A DNA stretch of 63,803 nt, filler included, from Chrysochromulina tobinii (taxonomy: Eukaryota): assembly GCA_001275005.1 (NCBI GenBank). It is 5 parts of 5 records of this genome, joined end to end, with 100 filler letters (N's around TTAATTAATTAA, not from the genome) between each part and the next. Parts side by side here need not be neighbours in the genome. Positions count along the whole stretch, not along the records: positions 50,077 to 61,685 come from JWZX01001374.1; positions 61,786 to 63,803 come from JWZX01001434.1; 3 more parts are not named here. One strand, written 5' to 3'. Below are positions 59,935 through 63,803 of the stretch, piece after piece. Position numbers and translations under genes: made by a program. Positions within the stretch are counted from its first letter, which is position 1. The number at the start of each line of letters is the position of its first letter. The notes under the pieces are model-generated. The model had not been told where the DNA came from and searched no databases. It worked only from the letters and a program-made list of their open reading frames with translations.

Positions 59935-60706
59935 AGCTCGCGTGGTAGAGAACGAACGGCGAACGGGTGGAGATGGCACTGAGATGGCCACCCCAGCAAG
60001 TCTTCTACCAGTGAGCGAACGCGAGACGGTAGTGGACGCGAGAGTGTCGCGAGAGTGGGGTGAGAAGGAGGGGGTGCACGCGAAGCGGGAGAGTCTCGGC
60101 TGAGGGCAACGACTGACATATCACGCCCTGTCGTGATGCCGAGCCCGGACCAAGATGCACCGAGATGCCAAGCCCGGACCAAGATGCACCGATCTCTTGC
60201 GGGCAGCGGGCCGTTTTCCGTTTGCGCCGTCCGGCGCGTGCTCACTCCGGCGCGTGCTCACTCCGGCGCGTGCTCACTCTCGCCCGGCGCCCCACGCCAC
60301 TCCCCGCTCCCGCCCGTCCCCCACCGCCTGGGGACGTGGGTAGCTGGACGTCATCCGGGCTCCGCTTCCGGCGCTTCTGGTTCTGCCGTTTCGAGACGCC
60401 GTCTGCTCTCTGGGTAGGGTCTCGTCTCTCACCGTGCAGCGGCCCGCGCCGCGCGGGTTTTTTCGTTCGCATCGTCGTCATCGCACCTTCGTGGCATCGC
60501 GGTTCGCGCGGTGCGTCGTCGCGTCCGGGCGGCGCGTGCGGGTCGGATGCTCGGATCGGATGCGTCGGATGAATCGTTGAATCCCCGGGATGCCGGGGTT
60601 ATTTTGTCTGTGAGAAAAGAGACCCATGCGCAAGTCGAAACACTAGCCCTACTTTTCTCACCGATGCGCTTCCTGCTTGAGGAAACGATAGGGGCCCTGT
60701 GCGCGC

Positions 60707-61420
60707 TCACTTGATGACAATCGGATAGTGCTCAGGACGGACGCAGAAAGAAGAGTTCTGCGAGCGCGGCACAATGTGCGAGAAGGGCTTGTCCGGCACG
60801 GGTGGCGGCGGGTCGGTCAGCCACGGCTTCGCGCGGTTGCGCGTCTCGGCGAGGCTGCGCTCGACCAACAAACGGTTCGGTCCGTTGCGGCTGTCTGTAA
60901 AGTCGGGGGGGAATGCGTCCGCCCGGTTGAAGCGGCTCTTCATGAGCGGCACCCGCTTCGCGCCGTAGCCGACGAGCTGCGTGGAGGTGGCCGTCGCGTA
61001 CGACTCATTGGGTGCGAAGGTGGGCCGCATCGCCGCCAGGTCCTGGGGCGTAAAGAGGCTCGCGGCGCTCTTGAAGCCCTTCTCCGTGGAGGCAGCATCC
61101 TGCGCACGTTCGCGGTCCATCGCCGCCAGCGAGTCACGCGTGCGCCGCATCGCGATAAGCTTGGTGCGGCTCTGCGCCATGCTGTCATCGATATCTGGGG
61201 CGCTCATGCCGAGCTTGCTCCGAGTGGCAGCCATGTCGGCCTGCGGTGCCGGGCGCTTGTACTCCCACGTCGTCGCCCGCCCGTCAAGCGTGTTGGGGTC
61301 CCAGACGTGCTGCACTTCAATGCGCGGCTTGGGCGCGCGCAGCTGCCGCTCCTCCTTTTCAATAATCTCGTTCAGCAGGCCCCCAATCTGCGGATGCGTC
61401 CAATCGGCGGTCTGGAACAT
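60707..61420 (-). CDS. Hypothetical protein
   Basis: ORF with normal protein composition starting MFQTADWTHPQ; no recognised domain. Confidence 0.6.
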   Translation of the reverse strand: MFQTADWTHPQIGGLLNEIIEKEERQLRAPKPRIEVQHVWDPNTLDGRATTWEYKRPAPQADMAATRSKLGMSAPDIDDSMAQSRTKLIAMRRTRDSLAAMDRERAQDAASTEKGFKSAASLFTPQDLAAMRPTFAPNESYATATSTQLVGYGAKRVPLMKSRFNRADAFPPDFTDSRNGPNRLLVERSLAETRNRAKPWLTDPPPPVPDKPFSHIVPRSQNSSFCVRPEHYPIVIK

Positions 61421-61685
61421 GGCTGGCGCTCCACGAGCGCGCTTGCGGTCCGGACGCACACGGCTCCGAGGGAGTGGGAGAGTGCAAGTTGGTGAGCAAC
61501 CGATCGACTGTGCTCGGGAGGACCTTTTTTCAAGTCAAGTCAAGCGTGTCGCACTTGGTCGAGTCAAGTCAAGTCAAGTCAAGTGTGTGCGCCTCTTTTC
61601 ATCCAATACGTCCACTCCATCGACAGTTTCATATATTTCCTCGACCGGGAATACACCCCTTCAGGGTCGGCCACAGAGGCTCTTG

Positions 61686-61785
61686 NNNNNNNNNNNNNNN
61701 NNNNNNNNNNNNNNNNNNNNNNNNNNNNNTTAATTAATTAANNNNNNNNNNNNNNNNNNNNNNNNNNNNNNNNNNNNNNNNNNNN
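61686..61785. other. Artificial contig linker
   Basis: N-TTAATTAATTAA-N. Confidence 0.98.
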
Positions 61786-61870
61786 TGTCCATCGCCATTG
61801 CACGGCGGTCCCGCGGCACGTAGCACCGAGGGATCACCTGTACGCCCTATTCCTGGGCCAGTATACGCGC

Positions 61871-62503
61871 GTGATGAACGCGTCAGAGCGGGTGGAGGAG
61901 CTGCGGATGGCGCTGCGCGCCCAGGTCGAGGCGCGCCGCCGGCAGTGTGGGCCCGAGCTGGGCGTTGGCAGCGTGGTGTGGGCCAAGCTGTATGCCCGTG
62001 GCAGCGGGTACCTGAGGGCTCAGGGTGTGGTGGGCAAGATTGACGCCGAGGGGGTCGTGTGGGTGATGTGGACTAGGGAGCGAGGGCCGGCGCGCGGGTG
62101 GTGGCAGCCGTTCGATCGAGCCGTGGCGGGAGACGTGCTCGTGCCCGCGGGCTTCGGCCCGCAGCCTCCGCCGCACCTGCGCGGCGCGCAGCTGGTGGGC
62201 CAGCGTGTACGGGTGTATTGGCGGAAGGATGACGCGTTCTACTCGGGTACCGTCGTAGCCTACGACGCTACCCGGGATGCGCACGCGCTCTGCTACCAGA
62301 TCCGGTACGACGTCGACGGGGAGCTCCTCTGGGACGAGCTGTGGGATGAGGAGCAAAACGCGGGGTTCCTGTTGGAAGGCCAGGGGGGCGATCATGCTCC
62401 GCTGGGCGAGGGGCAGGGGGGATCATGGGAGTCGGATGAGGAAATGGAGCCGTTGGGTCAGCGCGCCAAGAGGCTACGGGAGCGGGGTGGCGAGAGGTCG
62501 TGA
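61871..62503 (+). CDS. Tudor-domain-containing ORF (probably 5' partial)
   Basis: LVGQRVRVYWRKDDAFYSGTVVAYD..YQIRYDVDGE plus a preceding Tudor-like LGVGSVVWAK..GVVWVMW. Confidence 0.7.
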   Translation: MMNASERVEELRMALRAQVEARRRQCGPELGVGSVVWAKLYARGSGYLRAQGVVGKIDAEGVVWVMWTRERGPARGWWQPFDRAVAGDVLVPAGFGPQPPPHLRGAQLVGQRVRVYWRKDDAFYSGTVVAYDATRDAHALCYQIRYDVDGELLWDELWDEEQNAGFLLEGQGGDHAPLGEGQGGSWESDEEMEPLGQRAKRLRERGGERS

Positions 62504-62657
62504 GATCTGGCCTGTTGATCTGGTGTGTAGCCTTCCGTAGTTCAGATGACATTTATACTAAATGTTGTAGTTCTGTTTGACATTTAGATCGTTGTGAGGT
62601 GGCGTGGAGATCTCTTGACGAAATCATTGCGGACATGGTGCGTTTGCAGATGGTGCC

Positions 62658-63803
62658 GTGCAGGGCATGCGCGACGAGCAGCGGCCCTCGACGACCGGTG
62701 GTGCGCCCGACCGGCGCTCGCGTTCGGTCGCAGACATGCAGGAGCTCATCAATGGGCTGCGCGAGGAGCAGCAGCAGGCCAAGCAAGCGCTTCACGCGTG
62801 CCAGCAGGGGATGTGCAAGGCACGCGGCGCAATCATGATCATGCTCTGGAATGGCACCGAGCGCTCCCGCCTCGAGCGGCTCTTCCAGCGGTGGGTGAGC
62901 GCCGCGCTCATGGTGAATGTGAATGCCGCCGCGTATGAATCTGGGCAGAGGAGATCTGGGCAGAGGCGAAGGGCAGCCGCTCAACTCGGCGCTCAACTCT
63001 CGCTGCGCTCCACCGTGCCCGCCAGTGCCGACGCTCCCGCCAGGCTCCTCGAGTCCGCGTCGGCGCTCTCGACGGCGCTCGCAGCCGACACAGCCGGCAC
63101 AGAGCGACGCGCTCTCGCCCTCGAGGTGTCGTTGCATGCGGCCGAGGTTCGTCAACAGCAGACCGAGGCGCGGCTGCTTCGCGCCTCGCGCGCGCGCGCG
63201 TGCACGAGAGCGAGGAGCGCGAGGCTCGGGAGCGCGCCGAGGCGAACGTGCTGCGCTTGGAGCTCGGCGTCTTTGAATCGGCGCTGCGCCGCACGGAGCA
63301 AGCGCTCATGCAAGCTCAGCACTCCGTCGCCTCCCACGAGGCGGCGCTCACCCAACTCGCCGAGACGTCGGCGCATGCACATGCCCAGGAGCGCGCGCGC
63401 GCCATGGCGGCACGCGAGGCACTCATCGCGCAGACGCAGGCGCAGCTGACCGAGCAGCGCGCGTCGCGTACGAGCGCGCGTTCGCAAGCATGCGGGAGGG
63501 CATGCGTGAGGGCGCGAGCGCCGTGTCGCAGCAGGTGGCGCGCGTCATCTCCGGCGCGGAGGAGGCTCGCGTGCGAGAGCGGAAGCAGCTGGACGAGCAG
63601 CGCGTGGCCTACGAGCGCGCGATGGCCAGCATGAAAGAGGGCATGCGCGCGGGCGCCGCGATCTCGCGCCATCAGCTCACCCTGGCCCAGACCGAGGCGG
63701 AGGCCGCCAATTCCGTCGCCCTCGAGGCGATGGCGAGGGCCGAGAGCCGTGCGCAGTCGAGCTATGCCGCCGCGGCGGCCGCAGCAGCCGTCGTGGCCGA
63801 GCA
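62658..63803 (+). CDS. Coiled-coil protein, 3' truncated, with apparent 2-nt slips in CG runs (~63190, ~63460)
   Basis: Consecutive frames give continuous heptad-like sequence; repeated YERA(F/M)ASM(R/K)EGMR. Confidence 0.55.

Noticed and set aside
22285..61785. Recurrent TTAATTAATTAA palindrome
   Set aside because: Synthetic six-frame-stop spacer inside N runs.

Overview
High-GC eukaryotic (spliceosomal-intron) DNA, most plausibly a haptophyte-type alga; the taxon is inferred from gene content and intron style, not verified. The window is five unrelated contig pieces joined by artificial 100-nt N-TTAATTAATTAA-N linkers, so nothing across a linker is physically linked. Most of the ORF track is antisense or off-frame GC noise; about 20 real genes are supportable. 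Housekeeping genes include enolase, CMTR1, an SDHAF3-like LYR protein, TLDc, RRM, F-box/JmjC, an MBD-JmjN-JmjC demethylase, a family-6 UDG-fold glycosylase, a double XEG113-like glycosyltransferase, an EF-hand protein and an Sfi1/IQ-like protein. Most notable: (1) three immune/toxin-like accessory genes: an intronless SH3-like + Gig2/PARP-like H-Y-E ADP-ribosyltransferase + ricin-type beta-trefoil protein, an ankyrin-SAM-like-TIR protein with SARM1-like logic, and an ankyrin-array + Pelle/IRAK-like kinase; (2) a pervasive intron class built from duplicated splice-junction sequence filled with sense-strand CTGAT-core satellites, suggesting an active intron-generating process; (3) three interspersed repeat families, one of which folds as a strand-specific three-way-junction RNA with complementary loops. 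Several frameshifts in homopolymer or CG runs look like assembly errors.
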